A stretch of DNA of 64,000 nucleotides from Candidatus Omnitrophota bacterium (GTDB taxonomy: Bacteria; Omnitrophota; Gorgyraeia; Zapsychrales; JBDRMG01), in the NCBI GenBank assembly GCA_043812495.1, contig JBDRMG010000064.1, positions 2,799 through 66,798 of the forward strand. The letters are read 5' to 3'. Positions 28,433 through 37,067 of the stretch are shown piece after piece. Under the pieces are notes generated by a model. It did no database searches. It was not told the origin of the DNA and worked only from the letters and a program-made list of their open reading frames with translations. Position 1 is the first letter of the stretch, and each line of letters begins with the position of its first letter. Both the position numbers and the translations under genes were made by a program.

Positions 28433-29757
28433 GGACAGACCCCGTGGGCAGAAGCCATGATTTCTCGATAGCCGACCTGACGGAAATACAAAGGGCATCC
28501 TCCATTACATATAGCCAGATAATTGCACTCTTGGCATAGGGCATGGGCAAAACGTTTTTCTTGGAAATAGGCGAACGCGGGGCTTTTCCAAATCTCTTTA
28601 AACCGTCCTTCCATCTCGAGAATGTTTCCCATCGGCTGCGGAAAGCTAGAACAAGGAAGAATATCACCGTTGGGCGCTATACTCAGAAGTCCGTCGCAAG
28701 CCGCGCAACCTTTGTTGCCAAGCCCATGAATAATCGGATTAAAAATACATAGGGGCGTCGGGGAATACCACATAAACTCAAGATTTTTTTCTTGTGCCGC
28801 ATGAGAAATTTCTAAAACAATATCACCAATTTCTGAATAGGAAACAAAAACATGATCCAGGCGGGACAAGGCCGAACCTTCGGGCATCAGCATATTCATG
28901 GAAAATTTATTAAAGCCAAGCTGAGCGATCAGATCAAGCAGGCCCAAAAGATCATTTTTATTCAGCCCGGAAATCGTGGTATTGGTATGCACCCTGATTC
29001 CCGCTTCTCGAAGATTCTTTAATCCCTCAAGCGTTAATTCAAAAGCACCTTTTGAGCCAACAATCTGATCATGCACAAGCGCTGTCCCTGCTTCCAGGCT
29101 GACTTGTGCCGAATCCAGCCCCGCCCCCTGAAAGTCCTTGGCTGTGTTTGCGTCAATCAGCGTCGCGTTGGTAATCAGGTTTGTCCATAGACCGAGTTCT
29201 TTGGCAAAACGGATCAACTCAGGCAGGTCTTGACGTAATGTTGGCTCCCCTCCGGTAAAGCTCACGGAAGGAATCTCGATTTCTTTTCGGATCATCGAAA
29301 GAATTTTCTTTAACGTATTCGTCGGTAATTCCGCGGCGGAATCTTTTTTGCTGCAGCCGCAGGACGCATAACAAAACTGGCATTCCAGATTGCATCGATA
29401 GGTAATGGCTATTTCGCTTAAGACGGGCAAGGTATTAAAGGGAAGATGAAAAGGTATTTTCTCAACGGCTAGCCGCGCATCCTGTTCATGAAAACACCCT
29501 TTGAGCATGGCACGAAGGTCGCAGAAAAAATGGTGAAGATCGCGAGCCACGCTTTCGCGGTCGGGATAACCGTCAACGATCGCGTAAATGCTCTGACCCT
29601 GAAGAAGATGTTTGAGGATTTTCACGGCTTGCTCGTTTAGCTTATGGGCCTCATTGGGAATTTTGATTAAAAGATGATCCTCTTCTCTCACATAAATGTA
29701 GGGTTTCACATTTTTGATGTATTCATCCACCCAATGTAATTGTCGATAATAATCCAT
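28429..29757 (-). CDS. Radical SAM/SPASM maturase-like enzyme with RRE/PqqD-like N-terminus
   Basis: CNLECQFC, FTGGEP, SPASM CAAC..ISIAPNG-type LSIAPNGDILPC...CQECNYLAICNGGCP; about 105-aa N-terminal extension. Confidence 0.92.
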   Translation of the reverse strand: MDYYRQLHWVDEYIKNVKPYIYVREEDHLLIKIPNEAHKLNEQAVKILKHLLQGQSIYAIVDGYPDRESVARDLHHFFCDLRAMLKGCFHEQDARLAVEKIPFHLPFNTLPVLSEIAITYRCNLECQFCYASCGCSKKDSAAELPTNTLKKILSMIRKEIEIPSVSFTGGEPTLRQDLPELIRFAKELGLWTNLITNATLIDANTAKDFQGAGLDSAQVSLEAGTALVHDQIVGSKGAFELTLEGLKNLREAGIRVHTNTTISGLNKNDLLGLLDLIAQLGFNKFSMNMLMPEGSALSRLDHVFVSYSEIGDIVLEISHAAQEKNLEFMWYSPTPLCIFNPIIHGLGNKGCAACDGLLSIAPNGDILPCSSFPQPMGNILEMEGRFKEIWKSPAFAYFQEKRFAHALCQECNYLAICNGGCPLYFRQVGYREIMASAHGVCP

Positions 29758-29759
29758 GG

Positions 29760-31406
29760 TTAATGACCGCTGCTAACGCAGGCGCCATGACAAGCCCCAT
29801 GGCAGGCTGAATGACACGCGGAATGACACGCCGAATGACAGGCTGAATGACAGGCATCATGGCACACATTTTGCATAAACGGACCTTCATAACATACCGA
29901 TGTGTTGCGAAACGTCGAGAAATTGTCCTTGAGGTTAGGGATGTTTCCTTCAACCGTTTTTCCGACATCCTGACTTTTCCTGTAATCATATCGATCGGCG
30001 TGGGTTCGCCCATAATAGTGATGATGGTATCCGCCCCAATAAAACGCGTCCTCATCGTTTTTCTTGTAAAGATCGCCCATCTGTTTTTTGTAATATTTCT
30101 TAGTTGCCTCGAGGTCGCAATCCCAAGTCTTCTGCTCAAGACCCGAAGCAATGGTTTTAAACAACAAATTGACTGGATTTTCTTGGATACGTCCGTCGGC
30201 TTCAATGGCACTATAAAGAATGCTCTCGTAAGAGTCATTGCTTCCCATAACGCCGGCAACGCGTTCAACGCGCAAAGGGTCCTCGCTTAGTATTTTAATA
30301 ATCCCCCGGCGTTCCATATTTTGAACAATCAATCCCATGAGAACCGAAAGAGGAATATCCAGAAGAAGGCCCGCTTCAATGGCGTTAAGAGTTTTGCAGA
30401 TTTTCCCTTTCTGCCGGAAGGATCCCACTTGAATCTTGGGAGGAACCCACTCATCCCCTTGCCACTGAATCTTGGAAATCCCGTCCTGGGCAATGAGCAT
30501 TGACTGATGCTTGCGCGTCATCACAAAAAGAGGGAAAAACCCCAAGAATAGTGCGCCAAAGAAAACAATGATAGCGATCGTGACATAATCAAACGGCATT
30601 TCGGCCAAAACACTGCCCGGAAAAAATCGGTTCAAAAGGTAGGATTCCTTCGCTTTTTTTAAATCGCTTTTTTGCCATGGCGCTTTTCCGGCAATGGTGG
30701 AAAGCAGAAAATAAGAAGCATCCGCATAGGTTTGGATCTGAAAATGATAGCGGCTATTAAGATTATTGCGATGGAATCTGACCGTCAGAATATTTTCTCC
30801 TTGAGCATTCTTCACGGAAGGATAATCAATCAGGTAGCGGTCATTGACATACTTTTCCGTCATGAATTTACTCTTTTCCAAATCTTCCTTGGAAACAGAT
30901 TCCGAAGAGAGGGAAATCGGATAATGAACCGTGACTGTTTCGTGCTCAAGGGAATTGTTCCATTGAACCGGCGCCCAGTTAAAAACCGCCAACCGCCCGT
31001 GAGGGCTGTCGGTCAGGGTCACCTGGCCGCTTTGCTGCAAATCCGTTTGATAGCGAAAGAAATAGGTCAGCTCACCGTCTTGAAAGGAGCGGCCTTGGGA
31101 GAGGATAATATCGTATTTCTTATTTGAGAGTTTCTTGATATCGAGAGCGTAGCGGTTACCGTTTTGGTCGAGGGCATAGGCATTCTGATCGTCAAAGCGC
31201 GGTCGCTCTACAAATCCTTCAAAATAAAAACCGTGAAGATTCGCATTCTGGCATACCCAGCGAACAGAATAGGAAATTTGCGCCTTGCCGTCTTTGTCCA
31301 AAACAACATCCGTTTCGACCCAGCGCAGTTTAAATCCATCGGCCCAAGCATGCGAAGGGAATACAAGGCAAAAAAACAATGCGAAGAAAACAAATATTCT
31401 TTTCAT
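29760..31406 (-). CDS. Signal peptide + periplasmic domain + TM protein with a C-terminal (CHxA)7-CVSSGH tail; putative radical SAM target
   Basis: MKRIFVFF...SHAWA signal, TM VTIAIIVFFGALFLGFFPLFVM, tail CHDACHSACHSACHSACHSACHGACHGACVSSGH. Confidence 0.85.
   Translation of the reverse strand: MKRIFVFFALFFCLVFPSHAWADGFKLRWVETDVVLDKDGKAQISYSVRWVCQNANLHGFYFEGFVERPRFDDQNAYALDQNGNRYALDIKKLSNKKYDIILSQGRSFQDGELTYFFRYQTDLQQSGQVTLTDSPHGRLAVFNWAPVQWNNSLEHETVTVHYPISLSSESVSKEDLEKSKFMTEKYVNDRYLIDYPSVKNAQGENILTVRFHRNNLNSRYHFQIQTYADASYFLLSTIAGKAPWQKSDLKKAKESYLLNRFFPGSVLAEMPFDYVTIAIIVFFGALFLGFFPLFVMTRKHQSMLIAQDGISKIQWQGDEWVPPKIQVGSFRQKGKICKTLNAIEAGLLLDIPLSVLMGLIVQNMERRGIIKILSEDPLRVERVAGVMGSNDSYESILYSAIEADGRIQENPVNLLFKTIASGLEQKTWDCDLEATKKYYKKQMGDLYKKNDEDAFYWGGYHHHYYGRTHADRYDYRKSQDVGKTVEGNIPNLKDNFSTFRNTSVCYEGPFMQNVCHDACHSACHSACHSACHSACHGACHGACVSSGH
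29763..29864 (-). repeat. 12-bp coding tandem repeat encoding (CHxA)7 plus CVSSGH
   Basis: TGTCATTCAGCC / TGTCATTCGGCG / TGTCATTCCGCG / TGCCATGGGGCT; variation mostly at third codon positions. Confidence 0.92.
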
Positions 31407-31574
31407 CGCGCATATTGACTCTTGAGAAAAGATCGCACTCAACAAACAAGGACAACCCGCGGAAAGTGGATTGTCCTTATTTTTATTCGACATGGTCGTT
31501 CGCACAAGGTTATTTTACAACCGCAAAAAATGTAAAACAAGAAATATTGGTTTAATTTAGTCGATCGATGAGTC

Positions 31575-31751
31575 CTAAAAAAAGACCCACGGGGGAGGCA
31601 TGGGGACTTTCTTGATGATCTGTAAAGCGGTGTCAAGAACGCGAAACGGAAGATTCAAAAGAGCGCAACCGCTTTGCGTAAAGCATAACAGGAGAATCAG
31701 AATGATCCAGAGATGTTTCTTCAAAATCTTTTTTGAGATTCTTCGATGCAC
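31575..31751 (-). CDS. Small putative lipoprotein
   Basis: Basic N-terminus, hydrophobic stretch, QSGC lipobox-like site, PMPPPWVFF tail; start uncertain. Confidence 0.55.
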   Translation of the reverse strand: MHRRISKKILKKHLWIILILLLCFTQSGCALLNLPFRVLDTALQIIKKVPMPPPWVFF

Positions 31752-31752
31752 T

Positions 31753-32070
31753 CTATTGATTCCATTTTTTTCTGGCCACAAGGTAACCGGCTCCTAAGAT
31801 GGAGCCGATCCAGGGGATAATGCCCATATAGCTTGCAATAATTCCCAGAATATAGCCTATTCTCTTTGATCGATACGCGTAGATCGTGCTCACGAGATAG
31901 AGAATCCCAACGATAAAAAAATAGGCGGTCATCTTAAAGCTGAGCTTCGCGATGAGGCTGTTCGGAAATGCTTGGCTCATAACGCCAATGAGATAAGGGA
32001 ATATAACGATGTACAATAGGGAAAGGGTTGCGTATGTTGCTTTCACCGAGGAGATAAGGAATTTCTTCAT
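31753..32070 (-). CDS. Small 3-TM membrane protein
   Basis: Start MKKFLI overlaps the U32 stop (ATGA). Confidence 0.65.
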   Translation of the reverse strand: MKKFLISSVKATYATLSLLYIVIFPYLIGVMSQAFPNSLIAKLSFKMTAYFFIVGILYLVSTIYAYRSKRIGYILGIIASYMGIIPWIGSILGAGYLVARKKWNQ

Positions 32071-33299
32071 CGTGATGATATCCCTTGCTTCTTTTTCCAA
32101 AGAAATACTTTATCTTTGGGCCGAACGACAAAAGGAAGTTTGACGCCTACCGGTGAGCCTTTGAGCGCTTCCTCAATGCTTCGGTGATTGTCTTGCAATT
32201 CATCGGCGGTCGTCTGATAAGCCGGCGTATTCTTGCCGATAAACAAAATCTGATCTCCTCTTTTGAGAGAGGCATTTCTTATCATTATATCCGCAACAAA
32301 GATCTTTTTATAGAACTTTCTCACTTCTCCTAAGAAGACTTTCTCGTGCGTATGTTCCAAATTTCTGGCCAAAACTTTTTTGGGTTCGCCAAAATAAAAT
32401 CCGTTTGAAAAACCGCGGTTGTAAACGGACCTGAGTTCCTCTTTGAGCTTCTTTTTAAGCTGAGAGGTGAATTGTCCTTGATTAAAAGCATCCAGCGCCT
32501 GGCGATAAACAGATGTCGTCACACCGACATATTCCGGGGAACGCATTCGGCCTTCTATTTTGAAAGCATCGATGCCGGAGTCGATCAGTTCATCAAGAAA
32601 ATCAATCGTACACAAATCTTTTGGACTTAAGAGATAATCTTGGCCAAGAATGTATTCGGATTCACGGTCCATATCCTTGATTGTGAATTCTCTTCGGCAC
32701 GGCTGCAGACAATCGCCTTTGTTGGCGGACCGTCCGAAAGCATCTTGCGACAAAAAACACCGGCCGGAAATACTTACGCACATGGCGCCGTGAATAAAAG
32801 CCTCAATCTGACAGTGAATTTTCTCTTTCTTCAATTCCCGAACTATTTGTTGAATGTCGGCAAGTGTGCATTCTCGAGCGAGAACAATTCTTTTGACACC
32901 CAAGTGAGCATAAAACCGAACAGATTCGGTATTGGATACGCTTTCCTGCGTCGAAAGATGAATACGAAGCTTCAGTTTTTTGGCTAGAGAAAATACCGCT
33001 TTGTCCCACAAAATCACAGCATCGACTTTTGCCCGCTTGGCCTCCTGAAGAGCTTTTTCAACTTTTCCTAATTCTTGATTCATCACAATCACATTCAAGG
33101 CCAAATACCCTTTTCGTTTTTGTACGCGCAAGAAAGCCATCACTTTCTTGATTTCGTAAAGATCAAAATTCGCGGCCTGATGGCGCATATTTAAACCCTT
33201 AATGCCGAAATAAACGCTGTCGGCGCCATTCTCGACGGCTGCGCGCAAAGAAGGCCAATCGCCTGCCGGGGATACTAATTCTGGTTTTATCTTTCTCAT
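32067..33299 (-). CDS. Peptidase U32 family protein (TrhP/RlhA-like Fe-S hydroxylase family)
   Basis: PELVSPAG, IHLSTQ, HGAMCVSISGRCFLS, CLQPCR, KIEGRMRS. Confidence 0.92.
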   Translation of the reverse strand: MRKIKPELVSPAGDWPSLRAAVENGADSVYFGIKGLNMRHQAANFDLYEIKKVMAFLRVQKRKGYLALNVIVMNQELGKVEKALQEAKRAKVDAVILWDKAVFSLAKKLKLRIHLSTQESVSNTESVRFYAHLGVKRIVLARECTLADIQQIVRELKKEKIHCQIEAFIHGAMCVSISGRCFLSQDAFGRSANKGDCLQPCRREFTIKDMDRESEYILGQDYLLSPKDLCTIDFLDELIDSGIDAFKIEGRMRSPEYVGVTTSVYRQALDAFNQGQFTSQLKKKLKEELRSVYNRGFSNGFYFGEPKKVLARNLEHTHEKVFLGEVRKFYKKIFVADIMIRNASLKRGDQILFIGKNTPAYQTTADELQDNHRSIEEALKGSPVGVKLPFVVRPKDKVFLWKKKQGISSR

Positions 33300-33323
33300 T
33301 TGATCGTATATCCAAAGTTTCCG

Positions 33324-33443
33324 CTTTTATTCTCCTTCGCCTTACCATTACAACATAATGGTACAGGCTTCGGAGAATTATTCTGAAGAGAATATTCTAC
33401 GAAGCATATACCGTTATTTACATTGCTTATGCGAAGTAGAATA
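33324..33443. repeat. About 120-bp double-hairpin dispersed repeat (copy of 10863-10983)
   Basis: TATTCTCCTTCGCC...GGCTTCGGAGAAT and TATTCTACGAAGC...GCGAAGTAGAATA hairpins. Confidence 0.85.
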
Positions 33444-33584
33444 AAATCTTTGAGCAATTCCCTGGCCGTCTCAAATTGCTCTTCATCCACCTTGATTCTG
33501 GCCGGCGCAACCAGGGGCCTCACCTGCAGGAAATTCTCTCCTTCGATAAAATAGCGAATATCATTCGCTTCAAAAAGCGATTTA
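33444..33584 (-). pseudogene. 5'-truncated DUF2007-like (putative signal-transducing) gene remnant
   Basis: KSLFEANDIRYFIEGENFLQVRPLVAPARIKVDEEQFETARELLKDF; in-frame TAA a few codons upstream and no start codon. Confidence 0.55.
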
Positions 33585-33827
33585 TTGGCCTTTTCCTTAA
33601 AAAAGACTTAGCGGTAGGCCAATTTTGACCTTTTTATTTAAGAAAAAAGGCCAAATATTGACTTCCACTAATGCTTTTATTGAGAAGAGGTCAATAATGA
33701 AGGCGATATCTCCGGGATTATTGGCTTTTTCTTTATTAAAGAAACGGTGGAAGCCAATATTAGGTCTTTTTCCTCATATAGAGAGAATATTAATGACTGT
33801 TCCATTAATAAGGAAAAGACCAATAAA
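33581..33827. repeat. Array of about 5 tandem hairpins bounded by 19-bp inverted repeats (MITE-like)
   Basis: TTTATTGGCCTTTTCCTTA ... TAAGGAAAAGACCAATAAA (18/19 complementary). Confidence 0.7.
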
Positions 33828-33948
33828 CGTTGCGAGAATTTCCTTAAAAATCTTTTGAGCCATGGGCATGACAAAAGGCAACCGCTTTTTCGCGTGTTGC
33901 CTTTCCTTACCTTTTCTTCATCTAATTTCTCAGCCGCCTGATCCAAGC

Positions 33949-35286
33949 TCAAATATCCTTGAGGGCAAGATTCGAGGGAGACTTTTCGATCGTTTCGTTA
34001 AAGGATTTGAGGCTAGCCATGAGCTTATCCACTTCTTTAGACTCAGCGATAGGAATCGTGTCAATTCCCTTCCAGTCTAATATATTAAGGACGCTTTGAA
34101 TGGTTAAAGGGCCGATATCTCTGGCCGGTTGATACCCGATGATCTTATTGTTATCTAATTTGACTTCCGATAGAATTCCGGCTTCGGTTAATTCAAAAAG
34201 GATTTGACGCACCAGGCGGATCGGAATTTCCAACACATGAGAAATCTCCTGGGCGGTCCAAGGTTTTTGGGCCTGGGAAAAATTCTTAATACATAAGTGG
34301 GCGATTTGCAAGGACAATAGCCTCTTAAAAGAATGGCTGACCTTCAGGCAATCCGGCTCAAATTCATAGGTTTCGACATTCTGGTCTGCAAAGGAAATCT
34401 CCGCGCCCAAAAGAACGATAATCCAGCTGATCTGCAACCACATTAAAAAAAGCGGCAAGGCTGCGAAACTTCCGTAAATCGCACCGTATTTCGCTACGCC
34501 GACTTGGAAATATATATAAACCCATTGGACAATCTGGTAGATTGTGCCGCCGATGATGCCGCCGATCAAGCCCGATTTGAAATTAACTTTCGTATTCGGC
34601 ATAAAAATATAAATGAATGAAAAAAGCACCCAAAGCACGGCGTACGGTAGAAGTTTTAAGAAAATCATGATAACCGGACTGAAAGCCCCCAAGAACTCGA
34701 TTTTCCGCATCACCAGCGTGACTTGACTTGCGATCATAACCGTTACACTGCTTGACATAATCAACAAAATAGGGCAAATCAGCATGATGGACAGATAATC
34801 GCTGAATTTACGGCCGATGCTTCTGCCTTTCTTGATCCCCCAAATGTCGTTAAAGGAACTCTCAATATTTCCCAGCACCTTGATCACGGTCCAGAATAAA
34901 ACAGCTACGCCGATGCCGGCGATCAAACCGCCTTTTGTATTTTCCAGAAAACTATTCGCAAAGCCGATAATGTAAGTAACAACTTCTTCCTGGCCGGGCA
35001 GTCTTGTGACGAGCTGATTTTCAAGCATATTCTCAAAACCAAAACCCTTAGCTATACCAAAAGCCATCGCGACTAAAGGAACGATCGACAAAAGTGAATA
35101 AAATGTCAAAGCGGATGCGCGCAATTGGCATTTATCTTCGTCGAATCCCCGTATAGCCACAAGAACAACTCTTAATTGCCGGATCAAAAATGATCTCGGC
35201 CGGGAAAGCTTGCTGGTTCGAATCCGCCAGATATCCGTTGTTAAGAAATCAATAATGGCCGGAATGATTTTCTTTTTTTCTGCCAT
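33949..35286 (-). CDS. YihY/BrkB family membrane protein with C-terminal HTH-like domain
   Basis: RASALTFYSLLSIVP, IESSFNDIW, YGAIYGSFAALPLFLMWL. Confidence 0.92.
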   Translation of the reverse strand: MAEKKKIIPAIIDFLTTDIWRIRTSKLSRPRSFLIRQLRVVLVAIRGFDEDKCQLRASALTFYSLLSIVPLVAMAFGIAKGFGFENMLENQLVTRLPGQEEVVTYIIGFANSFLENTKGGLIAGIGVAVLFWTVIKVLGNIESSFNDIWGIKKGRSIGRKFSDYLSIMLICPILLIMSSSVTVMIASQVTLVMRKIEFLGAFSPVIMIFLKLLPYAVLWVLFSFIYIFMPNTKVNFKSGLIGGIIGGTIYQIVQWVYIYFQVGVAKYGAIYGSFAALPLFLMWLQISWIIVLLGAEISFADQNVETYEFEPDCLKVSHSFKRLLSLQIAHLCIKNFSQAQKPWTAQEISHVLEIPIRLVRQILFELTEAGILSEVKLDNNKIIGYQPARDIGPLTIQSVLNILDWKGIDTIPIAESKEVDKLMASLKSFNETIEKSPSNLALKDI

Positions 35287-35313
35287 GGAATTTTTCCTTT
35301 CTTCTCAATGAGG

Positions 35314-35388
35314 CCTCGCACCTTTTATCTATTTAAACAAATTAAAGTTGTCGATCTTAAGATATTTAAATGAGAAAAAGGTGCAGGG
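35314..35388. repeat. Hairpin with GCACCTTTT/AAAAGGTGC arms (related to 22129-22175)
   Basis: Inverted repeat in intergenic DNA. Confidence 0.5.
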
Positions 35389-35422
35389 TATTCAGTAAAT
35401 ATTATCATAATATCTCAACTTT

Positions 35423-36181
35423 TTACTCTCCCAAATGCCGCACAAAGGTATATTGCCGCGGAACGACCACATCCGCTTTCTTGGGAGGGGATTCTTGCGA
35501 TAATCGATAGTTCACATCCATTAGTTCGATATAGTCAGCCGTATAATCTTTAAGGATGCCGACAAATTCATATTTTTTTCCGTTTTTATTGACTTCGAGT
35601 ACCACCTTGGCGCCAATATGGCGCTCTAAAAGCGGCTCATAGGACGTTCCTACAAAGCCGATCATTTCCTGCTTAACCTGTGAAACGTATTTATCCTGAG
35701 AGGTCATGAGAGCGCCGGCCGGTGTTCTTTTCTTGGCTAAATCAATCACCATATTGACCACGTCCATCATTGAATCGCGGACAGTCTTAAAGAGATTCAG
35801 CATTTTTCTTTTTGCGCGTCGATAAAAATTCGGATGATAGGTTTTCTTTAACTCGTTGTCCCTCTTTAGTCGCCTCTTTTCATCCAAATCTTCATGATAA
35901 CGGATAATCGCCTGAATCGTTGGGTATTCACCTTTATAAAGGATATAACTTGTTTCGTCGTGTCCGTCTTGATCTTTGTGCGCCTTTGGATAAATCATCT
36001 CCAGGCCGGTTGTTTCAACAATCAATTTTCCCCAAATGGTTTTTCCGGAGGTTTGCTCCAGCGTCACCCTGTCGCCTGAAAACTCAACCAGACATTTGTC
36101 TTTGCTGCGCCCCTTGATAAAAGCCGCAATAAAAGCCGAACAAATAATAAAAATAATGGTAATGGCAAATGTATCCTGCAT
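35423..36181 (-). CDS. Conserved-looking hypothetical protein with N-terminal TM
   Basis: 252-aa ORF; C-terminal Sm/LSm-like GILKDY...VVPR..VRH segment. Confidence 0.75.
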   Translation of the reverse strand: MQDTFAITIIFIICSAFIAAFIKGRSKDKCLVEFSGDRVTLEQTSGKTIWGKLIVETTGLEMIYPKAHKDQDGHDETSYILYKGEYPTIQAIIRYHEDLDEKRRLKRDNELKKTYHPNFYRRAKRKMLNLFKTVRDSMMDVVNMVIDLAKKRTPAGALMTSQDKYVSQVKQEMIGFVGTSYEPLLERHIGAKVVLEVNKNGKKYEFVGILKDYTADYIELMDVNYRLSQESPPKKADVVVPRQYTFVRHLGE

Positions 36182-36192
36182 AGCAACCTTTT

Positions 36193-37044
36193 TTAGTCAA
36201 AAACAACGGTCTTATTGTTATAGCAAAGGATCTTTTTCTCTAAGTGCCAGCGCACGGCGTGCGATAAAACCAAACGCTCAAGATCCTCTCCTTTGCACAC
36301 CAAATCTTCAAGAGAATCCCGATGGCTGATCCGCACCGTGTCTTGTTCAATGATCGGGCCTTGATCCAATTGTTCGGTCACATAATGACTTGTCGCGCCA
36401 ATAATCTTTACGCCTTTTTGATAGGCCTGAGAGTAGGGATTTTTTCCCGCAAACGCAGGTAAAAAGGAATGGTGGATATTGATGATCTTATTTTTAAATT
36501 GGTCGACGAATTCAGCGCTCAGAATTTGATGATAGCGCGCCAAGACCACACAATCGATCTTCACTTCTTTTAAGAGTTCGATTTGCCTTTTCTCCTGTTG
36601 GGATTTATTGGCTTTGGTCATCGGAAATTCAAAAAAATGAAATCCAAATTCATGCGCCAATTCTTTGGCGTCCGGATGATTGCTAATCACCAAAGGGATC
36701 TCGCATCGCAGTTGTCCGGATTTTTTGCGATAGAGCAAATCATAGAGACAATGTAGCTGTTTAGAGACAAAAATCGCCACGCTCGGAATATCGTCCGTAA
36801 AGCTGAGGCCTGATGTCATCTTGAATTTTTCCGCAATGGGAGCGAAAGATTCAAGGATCTTTTCTTTCTCAAGCAGGAACCCTTCCAGCGACCATTCGAT
36901 GCGCATAAAGAAGGTGTTGCTTTGCTCGTCTATGTGCTGATCGGCATGCACAATATTTCCATTATGGCTATAAACAAAATCGGTGATGGTCGCCGTAATT
37001 CCTTTTTGATCGGGACAAGAAACAAGAAGAATAGCTTGAACCAT
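36193..37044 (-). CDS. purU: Formyltetrahydrofolate deformylase
   Basis: ACT domain CPDQKGI, VSKQLHCL, INIHHSFLPAF, LDQGPIIEQ. Confidence 0.96.
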   Translation of the reverse strand: MVQAILLVSCPDQKGITATITDFVYSHNGNIVHADQHIDEQSNTFFMRIEWSLEGFLLEKEKILESFAPIAEKFKMTSGLSFTDDIPSVAIFVSKQLHCLYDLLYRKKSGQLRCEIPLVISNHPDAKELAHEFGFHFFEFPMTKANKSQQEKRQIELLKEVKIDCVVLARYHQILSAEFVDQFKNKIINIHHSFLPAFAGKNPYSQAYQKGVKIIGATSHYVTEQLDQGPIIEQDTVRISHRDSLEDLVCKGEDLERLVLSHAVRWHLEKKILCYNNKTVVFD

Positions 37045-37067
37045 GACGCATGACCTCCAATCTGATG

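Noticed and set aside
29763-29864. Multiheme cytochrome c (CxxCH)
   Set aside because: Spacing is CxxxCH with shared overlapping cysteines, and the tail is predicted cytoplasmic.
33625-33952. Short ORFs in the YihY-U32 spacer
   Set aside because: They lie on the hairpin array; the homologous minus-strand frame at about 20700 contains a stop codon.
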